The translations under genes and the position numbers were made by a program. From Burkholderiales bacterium (GTDB lineage Bacteria; Pseudomonadota; Gammaproteobacteria; Burkholderiales; JAHFRG01), in NCBI GenBank assembly GCA_036522275.1, contig DATDGC010000020.1, forward strand, positions 17,995-81,994: DNA of 64,000 nt, given 5' to 3'. Positions 20,948 through 29,461 of this stretch are shown here, piece by piece. The notes below the pieces were generated by a model that did no database searches, was not told the DNA's origin, and saw nothing but the letters and a program-made list of their open reading frames with translations. How positions within the stretch are numbered: the stretch's first letter is position 1; the number at the start of each line of letters is the position of its first letter.

Positions 20948-21973
20948 ATGCGTATACACACCGGACAACTCCAGCAGCACTTGCAGCGCGGACAGAAATC
21001 CCTCTACACGGTTTACGGCGACGAACCGCTGCTGGCACTGGAGGCCGCGGACCTGATACGCGCGGCAGCAAGGCAAGCGGGCTTTGCCGAGCGTGAAATT
21101 TTCACCGCCGAAGCCGGATTTGACTGGCAGCGCCTTGCGATGAGCAGCAGAAGCCTGTCGTTGTTTGCCAGCAAAAAATTGATTGATCTGCGCGTCCCTT
21201 CCGGAAAACCCGGCAACGAGGGCGCACAGGCAATTGAAGATTTTTGCTCTGCAATGGGGCCCGATCTGATGGGCTTGGTGGTGCTGCCGAAGCTCGACCG
21301 GCAAGCGCTGAACTCCAAATGGTTTGGAGTACTGGCAAGCAAGGGCGTGGTAGTAAGCGCCAAAGCGGTGGAACGGACGCAGTTGCCGCAGTGGATAGCG
21401 GGGCGTCTCGCGGCACAAGGCCAGAGCGCCGATGCCGATACCTTGCAGTTTATTGCCGATCGTGTTGAAGGCAATTTGCTCGCCGCACATCAGGAAGTGC
21501 AAAAGCTTGCGCTGCTGTTCGCGCCTGGAAAACTGGGCTTCGAGCAGGTCAAGGAGGCGGTGCTGGAAGTCGCGCGTTACGACGTATTTAAACTCAGCGA
21601 AGCGATGCTGATGTCAGACGCAGTGCGTGTCACGCGCATTCTCGAGGGTTTGCGCGGCGAGGGGGTGGCGCCGCCGCTCATTCTGTGGGCGGTGAGCGAG
21701 GACATCCGCGCACTGCTTAAAATCGTAAGCGGCATGGAGCAAGGCAATGCTTTGCCGCAGTTGTTACGCGAAGTGCGCGTCTGGGGCACGCGCCAGGAAC
21801 TCATGCAGCGCGCCGCCAAGCGCTCGCGCAAAAGCGTGCTGGAAGACGCGCTTTTGCACGCAGCACGGCTCGACCGCATGATTAAAGGTTTGGCCTCCGG
21901 CAATATCTGGGACGAGTTCCTGCAACTGGGATTGCGTTTCTGTTCCGGCCCGGTCGGGGTTAAAATGCACTAA
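20948..21973 (+). CDS. holA: DNA polymerase III delta subunit
   Basis: 341 aa, HolA-like ([10 protein letters not shown]..., L.N.W), downstream of lptE. Confidence 0.85.
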   Translation: MRIHTGQLQQHLQRGQKSLYTVYGDEPLLALEAADLIRAAARQAGFAEREIFTAEAGFDWQRLAMSSRSLSLFASKKLIDLRVPSGKPGNEGAQAIEDFCSAMGPDLMGLVVLPKLDRQALNSKWFGVLASKGVVVSAKAVERTQLPQWIAGRLAAQGQSADADTLQFIADRVEGNLLAAHQEVQKLALLFAPGKLGFEQVKEAVLEVARYDVFKLSEAMLMSDAVRVTRILEGLRGEGVAPPLILWAVSEDIRALLKIVSGMEQGNALPQLLREVRVWGTRQELMQRAAKRSRKSVLEDALLHAARLDRMIKGLASGNIWDEFLQLGLRFCSGPVGVKMH

Positions 21974-21975
21974 TC

Positions 21976-23241
21976 ATGGATATTCTCGACATCAAAGCTT
22001 ATATGCAGGGCGTTGGACGCGAAGCGCGCGCCGCCTCCCGTTTCATGGCCCGCGCCGACACCAAATCCAAAAACAAGGCGCTTACGGCTATGGCGCAGGC
22101 GATACGGCGCGAAGCCAAGAGCCTGCTCGCAGCAAACAGCAAGGATATGGAGTCTGCGCGCGCTAACAAGCTGGATGACGCGCTGCTGGATCGTCTTACG
22201 CTTTCGGCAAAAGACATAGACAGCATGGCCGAAGGCCTGCTGCAGATAGTGCAGCTGCCCGACCCGGTGGGCGAAATCAGCGGGCTCAGCTACCGCCCCT
22301 CAGGAATTCGAGTCGGAAAAATGCGCGTGCCGCTAGGAGTTGTAGGCATTATTTATGAAGCGCGCCCCAACGTCACCGCGGATGCGGCGGGGCTTTGTCT
22401 CAAAGCCGGCAACGCGGCAATTCTGCGCGGCGGGTCGGAAGCGATGCATTCCAATCAGGCCATTGCCACACTGGTGCGTGAAGGATTAAGAACAGCGGGG
22501 CTGCCGGAAACCGCAGTGCAGGTGATTGAAACCACCGACCGCGCCGCCGTAGGCGAATTGGTGACGATGAAGGATTACGTGGATGTCCTCGTGCCGCGCG
22601 GCGGCAAGAGTCTGATTGAGCGCATCTCGAGTGAGGCGCGCATTCCAGTCATCAAGCATCTGCACGGTGTGTGCCATGTTTATATTGACGACCAGGCCGA
22701 TATGGAAAAAGCGGTGCGCATCGCCGACAACGCCAAGACGCAGCGCTACGGCACCTGCAACACCATGGAGACACTGCTGGTGGCGGAAACGATTGCGCCC
22801 AAGGTGCTGCCAAAGTTGTGCAAGATTTATCTGGATAAAGGCGTCGAATTGCGCGGCGATCAAGCCTCGCGCGTTCTGGTGCCGCAAATGAAAGCGGCGA
22901 CCGAGGAAGACTGGCATACCGAATATCTTGCCCCGATCCTGAGCGTGCGCGTGGTGAAAAATCTCGACCAGGCGATTGAGCACATCGCCACTTACGGTTC
23001 GCAACATACCGATGCTATCGTCACAGAAGACCACGGCCACGCCATGCGTTTCCTGCGCGAAGTGGATTCGAGTTCGGTGATGGTCAATGCCTCGACACGC
23101 TTTGCAGACGGTTTCGAATACGGGTTGGGCGCGGAAATCGGCATTTCCACCGACAAATTTCACGCTCGCGGCCCGGTTGGGCTGGAAGGGCTCACGTCGC
23201 AGAAATTTATTGTGCTCGGCGACGGTCAAATACGGGAATGA
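21976..23241 (+). CDS. proA: gamma-glutamyl phosphate reductase
   Basis: 421 aa with [15 protein letters not shown] and CNTMETLLV. Confidence 0.95.
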   Translation: MDILDIKAYMQGVGREARAASRFMARADTKSKNKALTAMAQAIRREAKSLLAANSKDMESARANKLDDALLDRLTLSAKDIDSMAEGLLQIVQLPDPVGEISGLSYRPSGIRVGKMRVPLGVVGIIYEARPNVTADAAGLCLKAGNAAILRGGSEAMHSNQAIATLVREGLRTAGLPETAVQVIETTDRAAVGELVTMKDYVDVLVPRGGKSLIERISSEARIPVIKHLHGVCHVYIDDQADMEKAVRIADNAKTQRYGTCNTMETLLVAETIAPKVLPKLCKIYLDKGVELRGDQASRVLVPQMKAATEEDWHTEYLAPILSVRVVKNLDQAIEHIATYGSQHTDAIVTEDHGHAMRFLREVDSSSVMVNASTRFADGFEYGLGAEIGISTDKFHARGPVGLEGLTSQKFIVLGDGQIRE

Positions 23242-23245
23242 TTTT

Positions 23246-23570
23246 GCCGGGGGCAGCCCGGCTGCTGGTTACTTTTTCTTGCTTGGCCAAGAAAAAGTAA
23301 CCAAAAAGAAAGCCACCCCGGTTCCGCGCCCCTTCGACAAGCTCAGGGGTTCCCTGCGTTGCTCGCCAAACCGGGCGGCTGCGCAACTCAACCTCGGCCT
23401 TACGGCCTCGGGATTCGGACAGTGCTCGCCGGCGCCCCGGACTCGGACTCGCACAGCGTGGAGCGGGAAGGGGCGCAAGCTGCCGCAGGAGACACCGTGA
23501 AACGGGGCGCTATTGCTGCCGCTCCCGCACCTAAGAGCTTCGCTCACCGTGTCGCGGCAGCCCCCCGGCA
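23246..23570. repeat. dispersed non-coding element, copy B (composite: D-type module fused to the A/C-type core)
   Basis: 23246..23431 is homologous to the reverse complement of 48995..49217 and includes the perfect hairpin GGTTACTTTTTCTTG-CTTGGC-CAAGAAAAAGTAACC (23267..23302). 23432..23562 is homologous to the core at 8359..8490. Confidence 0.8.
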
Positions 23571-23623
23571 TGGCTACGCTACTCGGCGACGGAACAGGGG
23601 CTTTCTATTAACGTTGAATAATT

Positions 23624-25339
23624 ATGAGCAAACTACTGGAAGTTCGTGTTCCGGATATTGGGGATTTCAAAGATGTTCCGGTAATCGAAGTCCTGGTGAA
23701 AGCCGGAGACACCGTCGCCAAGGAAGATCCGCTGATCACGCTGGAATCGGACAAGGCAACCATGGACATTCCCGCCCCGCAGGCGGGAGCGGTGAAAGAG
23801 GTCAAGATCAAAATCGGCGATAAGGTGTCGCAAGGCTCGCTGATTCTCACGCTGCACACCGCAGCTTCCGCACCCGCTGAATCCCCCAAATCAGTTCAAG
23901 CCTCGCCCGCTGTTACGGCTCCCAAACCCGCTGCCGATATTCATGCTGAAGTTGCGGTGCTGGGCGCCGGCCCCGGCGGGTATACCGCGGCGTTCCGCGC
24001 TGCCGATCTGGGCAAGCAAGTGGTGCTGATCGAACGCTATCCCAATTTGGGAGGGGTTTGCCTCAATGTCGGCTGCATTCCCTCCAAGGCATTGCTGCAC
24101 GTGGCCAAGGTCATCGGCGAAGCGGAGGAAATGGCGCATCAAGGTGTGAGTTTCGGCAAACCCAAAATCGAAATTGACAAACTTCGCACCTGGAAGCAAA
24201 GCGTAACCGGCAAACTGAGCAAAGGCTTGGCCGGACTTGCCAGGCAGCGCAAGGTGCGGATATTGCAAGGCGTGGCCAAGTTCGCTTCATCCCATATGCT
24301 GCGTGTGGAAACTCAGGATGGCGTGAAAACCGTGTCCTTCGATTACTGCATCATCGCAGCGGGATCGCAAGCGGCAAAGATTCCCGGTTTTCCCGACGAC
24401 CCGCGCATCATGGATTCAACCAGCGCGCTGGAAATCCAGGACATTCCACAAAAATTGCTGGTGATAGGAGGGGGCATCATCGGGCTTGAATTGGCGTGCG
24501 TGTACGATGCGCTGGGCTCGAAAATCAGCGTGGTGGAGCTGCTTGATGGTTTGATGCTCGACGTGGATCGCGATCTTATCAAGCCCCTGCAAAAACGCAT
24601 TGAAAAGCGTTACGAGGGGATTTATCTCAAAACCAAAGCTATTAAAATCGAACCGCAAAAAGACGGCTTAAAAGTGCATTTTGACGGCGACAATGCGCCA
24701 AAGCCGCAGCTGTTCGACCGTGTCCTGATAGCGGTTGGAAGACAGCCTAATGGCAAAGCCATAGCCGCAGAGAACGCCGGTGTTCAGTTGACCGACAAGG
24801 GTTTTATTCCGGTTGACAAACAGCAGCGCACCAGCGTGCCGCATATTTTCGCGATAGGCGACATCGTTGGCGAGCCGATGCTCGCGCACAAAGCGAGCCA
24901 TGAAGGCAAGGTTGCCGCCGAAGTCATCGCCGGACACAAAGTGGCATTCGATGCTCGCACCATTCCATCGGTCGCCTACACCGACCCTGAAGTGGCATGG
25001 ATGGGTTTGACCGAGACTAAAGCCAAGGAACAAAACATCGAGTATGAAAAGGCGGTATTTCCCTGGGCGGCGAGCGGTCGCGCGTTGGCCCAGGGACGCG
25101 ACGAAGGGATGACCAAGCTGCTCTTCGACAAAAACACCAACAGGCTCCTCGGCGCGGGCATAGTGGGGCCAAACGCTGGCGAGCTGATTTCCGAAACCGT
25201 GCTGGCGCTGGAAATGGGAGCTGACGCGCAAGATATCGGGCTTACCATCCATCCCCATCCCACGCTGTCGGAGACCGTGTTTTTCTCCGCCGAAATAGCG
25301 GAAGGCACCGTCACCGATCTTTACATTCCGAAAAAGTAG
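23624..25339 (+). CDS. lpdA: dihydrolipoyl dehydrogenase (E3) with an N-terminal lipoyl domain
   Basis: Lipoyl domain (LITLESDKATMDIPAP), followed by the FAD/NAD E3 core (GGVCLNVGCIPSK, HAHPTLSE-like HPHPTLSE). Confidence 0.9.
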   Translation: MSKLLEVRVPDIGDFKDVPVIEVLVKAGDTVAKEDPLITLESDKATMDIPAPQAGAVKEVKIKIGDKVSQGSLILTLHTAASAPAESPKSVQASPAVTAPKPAADIHAEVAVLGAGPGGYTAAFRAADLGKQVVLIERYPNLGGVCLNVGCIPSKALLHVAKVIGEAEEMAHQGVSFGKPKIEIDKLRTWKQSVTGKLSKGLAGLARQRKVRILQGVAKFASSHMLRVETQDGVKTVSFDYCIIAAGSQAAKIPGFPDDPRIMDSTSALEIQDIPQKLLVIGGGIIGLELACVYDALGSKISVVELLDGLMLDVDRDLIKPLQKRIEKRYEGIYLKTKAIKIEPQKDGLKVHFDGDNAPKPQLFDRVLIAVGRQPNGKAIAAENAGVQLTDKGFIPVDKQQRTSVPHIFAIGDIVGEPMLAHKASHEGKVAAEVIAGHKVAFDARTIPSVAYTDPEVAWMGLTETKAKEQNIEYEKAVFPWAASGRALAQGRDEGMTKLLFDKNTNRLLGAGIVGPNAGELISETVLALEMGADAQDIGLTIHPHPTLSETVFFSAEIAEGTVTDLYIPKK

Positions 25340-25343
25340 CGCC

Positions 25344-26111
25344 TCACTGCGCAGTGGCAGGCTGTTGCAACAGGCTCGCAAACTGCATGAGTTCCTTCTC
25401 CTGCAGGTCGGATACCACCCAAAACGCCATTCCCGAATCCTTCCAGTGAATCAGGTTATATCCCTGCTTGGTTTTCGTCCGTACCAAGCTTTTCTCGCGC
25501 GACTCTTCAGGCCAGATGAATAGATTGATGAAATGCTTGCGATGTCCGTATACCAGCGCCGCCACAGGTCTGTTGTTGATGTAATCAAGCCGGCCGCCGA
25601 TTAGCGGAAAACCCTGAGTAGTTAAATCGAGGACCTCCGGCGAAAAATCCAATTTGCCGTTGAACCATGGCTTCACCGTGTGCTGGTCGGAGGAAGCCAC
25701 ATCCGCCAAATGATCCGCCATCAGCGAACGCACATGGCCTGAGATGATTTCTTCCGTAAGGAGCTCGTCTTCGGAAGCCGCGTTAAAATGCAGCGCCACG
25801 CCCCAGGTAATTACCACCGCGAAAGCCATTGAAGCGGCAAAGCCCAGCCAGTTTAAGCTTGGCTGCCTGTAATCAATCGCTTTTTTGCCTTGCTTCGGCA
25901 AAGCAGCGCGTATGCGCGCTTCAAGCCATTGCGGTGCCGCGTAATAGCTCACGCGCTCGCGAATAGCGGACCGCATAGCGGTTTCCTGAGAGTAAACCGC
26001 GTTGCAAGCAGCGCAACCCTCAAGGTGTTTTTCAATTTCCACGGCGCGCACCAAATCGATTTCCTTATCGAGGTGGCCGTGCATCAGATTCCGGGTTTCA
26101 TTGCAATTCAT
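25344..26111 (-). CDS. membrane-spanning anti-sigma factor (zf-HC2 N-terminus, periplasmic C-terminal domain)
   Basis: HLEGCAAC (H-x3-C-x2-C) and one TM helix (LGFAASMAFAVVITWGVAL). The start lies 2 nt after the sigma stop. Confidence 0.7.
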   Translation of the reverse strand: MNCNETRNLMHGHLDKEIDLVRAVEIEKHLEGCAACNAVYSQETAMRSAIRERVSYYAAPQWLEARIRAALPKQGKKAIDYRQPSLNWLGFAASMAFAVVITWGVALHFNAASEDELLTEEIISGHVRSLMADHLADVASSDQHTVKPWFNGKLDFSPEVLDLTTQGFPLIGGRLDYINNRPVAALVYGHRKHFINLFIWPEESREKSLVRTKTKQGYNLIHWKDSGMAFWVVSDLQEKELMQFASLLQQPATAQ

Positions 26112-26112
26112 T

Positions 26113-26631
26113 TCACTTCTCCTGCATAACCCGCTCAAGCGAGTCGCGAAGCATTTTCCTCGCGCGGGCGAGTCGTGACATCACTGTGCCGAGCGGAATG
26201 CCGGCTACGGTCGCGATTTCCTTGTAGGAAAGATCTTCAAGCTCTCGCATAATCAGTATTTCCCTGAACTCCAGCGACAGCGTTTCAAGCGCAAGGTCAA
26301 GCAACCGCTTGTCGGCGTTTTGCAGCATCAAGGTTTGCGGATCGCTACCGCTGTCCGCCTCGGCGTGCTCCTCCTCGTCAAAAGAATCGTGCAACTCCTG
26401 GACACGATTCTGTTTCAACCAGGTGTAACAAGTGTTGCGCACAATGGCCAGCAGCCAGGCGCGTCCGTCATCGCCCCGGAAGCTGTCAAAAAACTTAAAA
26501 GCACGCAAGTACGCTTCCTGCACCATATCCTCCGCGTCGTGATCATTGCGGGTCAGCCAACGCGCCAGGTTATAGGCACTGCTGAGATGCGGCAGCGCGA
26601 TTTCTTCAAAGCGCCGGTTCTTATCAGCCAA
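26113..26631 (-). CDS. ECF-type RNA polymerase sigma factor
   Basis: 172 aa with an apparent TTG start. Region 2 is DAEDMVQEAYLRAF. Region 4 is LSYKEIATVAGIPLGTVMSRLARAR. Confidence 0.85.
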   Translation of the reverse strand: MADKNRRFEEIALPHLSSAYNLARWLTRNDHDAEDMVQEAYLRAFKFFDSFRGDDGRAWLLAIVRNTCYTWLKQNRVQELHDSFDEEEHAEADSGSDPQTLMLQNADKRLLDLALETLSLEFREILIMRELEDLSYKEIATVAGIPLGTVMSRLARARKMLRDSLERVMQEK

Positions 26632-26650
26632 AGATATTCCTCTTCTGTAT

Positions 26651-26677
26651 TACCGAATATCGCACCATTTTATTCCC
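26651..26677 (-). promoter_or_regulatory. candidate ECF-type promoter for the sigma/anti-sigma operon
   Basis: The minus strand reads GGGAATA-N15/16-CGGTA, about 20 nt upstream of the sigma start. Confidence 0.3.
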
Positions 26678-26700
26678 TAAACCGAATTAAAACGAATACC

Positions 26701-26729
26701 GGGAATATTGGCAGCACGCTAAAGGTTAT
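26701..26729 (+). promoter_or_regulatory. candidate ECF-type promoter for the divergent exported-protein cluster
   Basis: The plus strand reads GGGAAT-N17/18-GGTTAT, 64 nt upstream of the ATG at 26793. Confidence 0.3.
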
Positions 26730-26792
26730 GCAGGGTAGAGACGGCTTGATTGGCAAACCGTCTTGACCAACCTTCCATATAGGAGATTCAAA

Positions 26793-27035
26793 ATGTTTAC
26801 GAATAGAAACAGATTGTCAGCTCTTGCATTAGGCACCTTGCTCTCGATCTCTGCGCTTCAGCCTGCTCTGGCAGCAGAAGACACCAAAGTAGACGTCAAA
26901 ATGGCGTGGAATTCTCAGCAGAGCGGCGACGCCCCTTGCATGGATTCCAAGAAACAAGTTAACGACAATGCCGTCAAGACAGACAACTCGCCTGACACAT
27001 GGTATGAGCGCCAAAGCAGGATCCCAGGCGGCTAA
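26793..27035 (+). CDS. small secreted protein of unknown function (about 55-aa mature form)
   Basis: AGGAGA SD 6 nt upstream of the ATG. Signal peptide MFTNRNRLSALALGTLLSISALQPALA. The mature part is hydrophilic with one Cys. Confidence 0.5.
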   Translation: MFTNRNRLSALALGTLLSISALQPALAAEDTKVDVKMAWNSQQSGDAPCMDSKKQVNDNAVKTDNSPDTWYERQSRIPGG

Positions 27036-27069
27036 TAATGTCTCGAAACTAGGTGATTTATTTCCGGAA

Positions 27070-27098
27070 TTCCCCGAAGGCAACTTCGGGGAATATTT
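27070..27098 (+). terminator. strong hairpin / possible attenuator between the small secreted-protein gene and the metallophosphoesterase gene
   Basis: TTCCCCGAAG-GCAA-CTTCGGGGAA: a perfect 10-bp stem with a GNRA-type tetraloop, followed by TATTT. Confidence 0.5.
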
Positions 27099-27157
27099 CG
27101 GGTGCGAATCCGGTTATACAAGTTACGGACCTCTTAAATTGATACAAGGAGACTCAA

Positions 27158-28063
27158 ATGAAAAAGCAAATGGACCGGCGGCAGTTTCTTAAACTGGCCG
27201 GCCTGGGCGGCGTGGTGTTTGTTTCCGGCCTTGCCGGCTGCGCCAGCGCAGGAAGAAAACCGGGCGCGACGGCTTACGACGATTTCTATTTTGTGCAGCT
27301 TTCGGATACCCATTGGGGATTCGAGGGCGAGGCAGTCAATCCCGACGCCAAAGGCACATTAAAAAAAGCGGTGGCAGCGGTGAACAACCTGAACGAAAAA
27401 CCTGATTTCATCATGTTTACCGGCGACCTTACCCACATCACCGATGATCCCAAAATTCGCAGGCAACGGCTTGCCGAATTCCGCGAGATCGTGAGCGAGC
27501 TTAAGGTGACAAACGTTCACTTCATGCCCGGCGAGCACGATGCCTCTCTCGACCGCGGCGCAGCCTTTCAGGAATTTTTCGGCAAAACGCACTATACCTT
27601 CGACCACAAAGGTGTGCATTTCATCGTGGTTGATAACGTTTCCGATCCGGGCGCGAAAATAGGCGATGAACAACTGCAGTGGCTAAGCGCTGATTTGCAG
27701 CAGCAGGACAAGGACGCGCGCATCGTGGTATTCACGCACCGACCGCTGTGGGATCTTTATCCGAAATGGGACTGGGCAACACGCGATGGGGCAAAGGCGA
27801 TTGACCTGCTTATGCCGTACAACAACGTCACGGTGTTTTACGGCCATATCCACCAGGAGAATCACCACATGACGGGGCACATAGCGCACCATTCCGCAAA
27901 ATCGCTGATTTTCCCGCTGCCCGTAGCCGGTTCGCAGCCCAAGCGCGAGCCGCTTCCATGGGACGCTTCCCAGCCTTACCGGGGTCTGGGCTACAGAAGC
28001 GTCGAAGCCGAGGTGGAAACGGCCGAATACGTAATCACTGAATACCCGGTGCTGAAAGGTTGA
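27158..28063 (+). CDS. Tat-exported lipoprotein, calcineurin-like metallophosphoesterase
   Basis: Twin-arginine signal DRRQFLKLAG with lipobox LAGC. Metallophosphoesterase motifs SDTHWG, GDLTH, GEHD and GHIH. Confidence 0.8.
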   Translation: MKKQMDRRQFLKLAGLGGVVFVSGLAGCASAGRKPGATAYDDFYFVQLSDTHWGFEGEAVNPDAKGTLKKAVAAVNNLNEKPDFIMFTGDLTHITDDPKIRRQRLAEFREIVSELKVTNVHFMPGEHDASLDRGAAFQEFFGKTHYTFDHKGVHFIVVDNVSDPGAKIGDEQLQWLSADLQQQDKDARIVVFTHRPLWDLYPKWDWATRDGAKAIDLLMPYNNVTVFYGHIHQENHHMTGHIAHHSAKSLIFPLPVAGSQPKREPLPWDASQPYRGLGYRSVEAEVETAEYVITEYPVLKG

Positions 28064-28066
28064 AAT

Positions 28067-28432
28067 ATGAACAGAAGCTCACTGTGGATGAGTGTTGTTG
28101 TGCTCACGTCAGCCTTCATTGCCTCAACCGCCGGCTACGTGACCGCTGAACCGACCGAGCGGGTAATCAAGATTACCGCCAAGGCGTTTGAATATGTTCC
28201 CAATGAAATCACGCTGAAAAAAGGCGAGCTAGTGGTGCTGGAGCTTACATCGCAGGACCTGTTTCATGGTTTCAACATAAGCGATCTTGGCCTGCGCGCC
28301 GATCTGCCCCCGGGCAAAACCGCGCGGGTGCAGCTTACGCCGGACAAGACCGGCGACTTCGAATTCCACTGCGACAACTTTTGTGGCATCGGCCACGAAA
28401 ACATGAACGGGGTTATCCACGTCGTCGAGTAA
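28067..28432 (+). CDS. exported cupredoxin-domain protein with a CuA-type ligand motif
   Basis: Signal/anchor sequence. HGFNI, then FHCDNFCGIGHENM (C-x3-C-x3-H-x2-M). Confidence 0.7.
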   Translation: MNRSSLWMSVVVLTSAFIASTAGYVTAEPTERVIKITAKAFEYVPNEITLKKGELVVLELTSQDLFHGFNISDLGLRADLPPGKTARVQLTPDKTGDFEFHCDNFCGIGHENMNGVIHVVE

Positions 28433-28632
28433 TCGGGATTACGCCTGTATAATGGCGGTCTTTTACGCAAAGCCGAGCAATGCAGGTATTTTTGACCTCC
28501 GCAGTGCTGGCCACGGCTGCCGTAATCTGTGACAAGAAACAGCTCCTGTCTTTTGTGCAGGTGGCAAGGCTGCGTCGTCCTTATCCCATCATCTCTGAAT
28601 CAGGTATGCTTGTTATTTCCCGCGAGGCTTCC

Positions 28633-29460
28633 ATGAAACGGCTTATAACCGTCCTGTCGCTTACCACCTTCCTTCCCTCTTTGTTCGCCCCGGTTTTTGC
28701 GGCAAGCGAAACCGAGCTGCTGCTCGATCAGGCTATCGCAGGAAATCACCGCGAAGCGAAAAACAAGGCGCGCGATGTCTATCGCCACCCCAAGGAGACT
28801 TTGCTGTTTTTCGGATTGAAGCCCAGCATGACGGTGGTGGAAATCTGGCCGGGCGGCGGCTGGTACACCGAGATCCTGGCGCCGGTTTTGCGCGACAAAG
28901 GCAAGCTGTATGAGGCGAGCTTCGCCGTGCAATTGAAAGCCACCCCAGACCTCCGCAGAGAAATCGAACAGGATTACCGGAAAAAACTCGCGCAACATCC
29001 CGAAATCTACGACAGGATCATCCACACTGAGCTGCAGGCACCCGAATATACCGCGATTGCCCCGCGCGGCGCGGCAGACCTGGTGCTCACTTTTCGCAAC
29101 GTGCACAACTGGGCAAAAGACGTCAGCGCTGATGCTATTTTCAAAACCTTTTACGATGTGTTGAAACCCGGTGGCATCCTCGGCGTAACCGATCACCGCG
29201 CCAAACCCGGCACGCCGCTTGAAGATATGATCCGCAGCGGCTACGTAACCGAGGACTATGTGATTGAGCATGCCAAGCGCGCCGGTTTCCAGCTGGTGGC
29301 CAAATCGGAAATCAACGCCAACCCCAAAGACACCAAGGACCATCCCAAAGGCGTATGGACGCTGCCGCCGATGCTGCGCCTCGGCAATCAGGACAGAGAA
29401 AAATATCTGGCGATCGGTGAGAGCGACCGCATGACCCTCAAGTTCGTGAAACCGAAATAA
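28633..29460 (+). CDS. signal-peptide-bearing class I SAM-dependent methyltransferase-like protein
   Basis: MKRLITVLSLTTFLPSLFAPVFA signal peptide. Rossmann motif I-like VVEIWPGGGWYT, and LKPGGILGV. Confidence 0.6.
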   Translation: MKRLITVLSLTTFLPSLFAPVFAASETELLLDQAIAGNHREAKNKARDVYRHPKETLLFFGLKPSMTVVEIWPGGGWYTEILAPVLRDKGKLYEASFAVQLKATPDLRREIEQDYRKKLAQHPEIYDRIIHTELQAPEYTAIAPRGAADLVLTFRNVHNWAKDVSADAIFKTFYDVLKPGGILGVTDHRAKPGTPLEDMIRSGYVTEDYVIEHAKRAGFQLVAKSEINANPKDTKDHPKGVWTLPPMLRLGNQDREKYLAIGESDRMTLKFVKPK

Positions 29461-29461
29461 T

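Noticed and set aside
27036-27157. tRNA-like T-arm sequence (GGGTGCGAATCC) in the spacer after the small secreted-protein gene.
   Set aside because: No acceptor stem, D-arm or anticodon arm can be drawn around it. The adjacent strong hairpin explains the structure.
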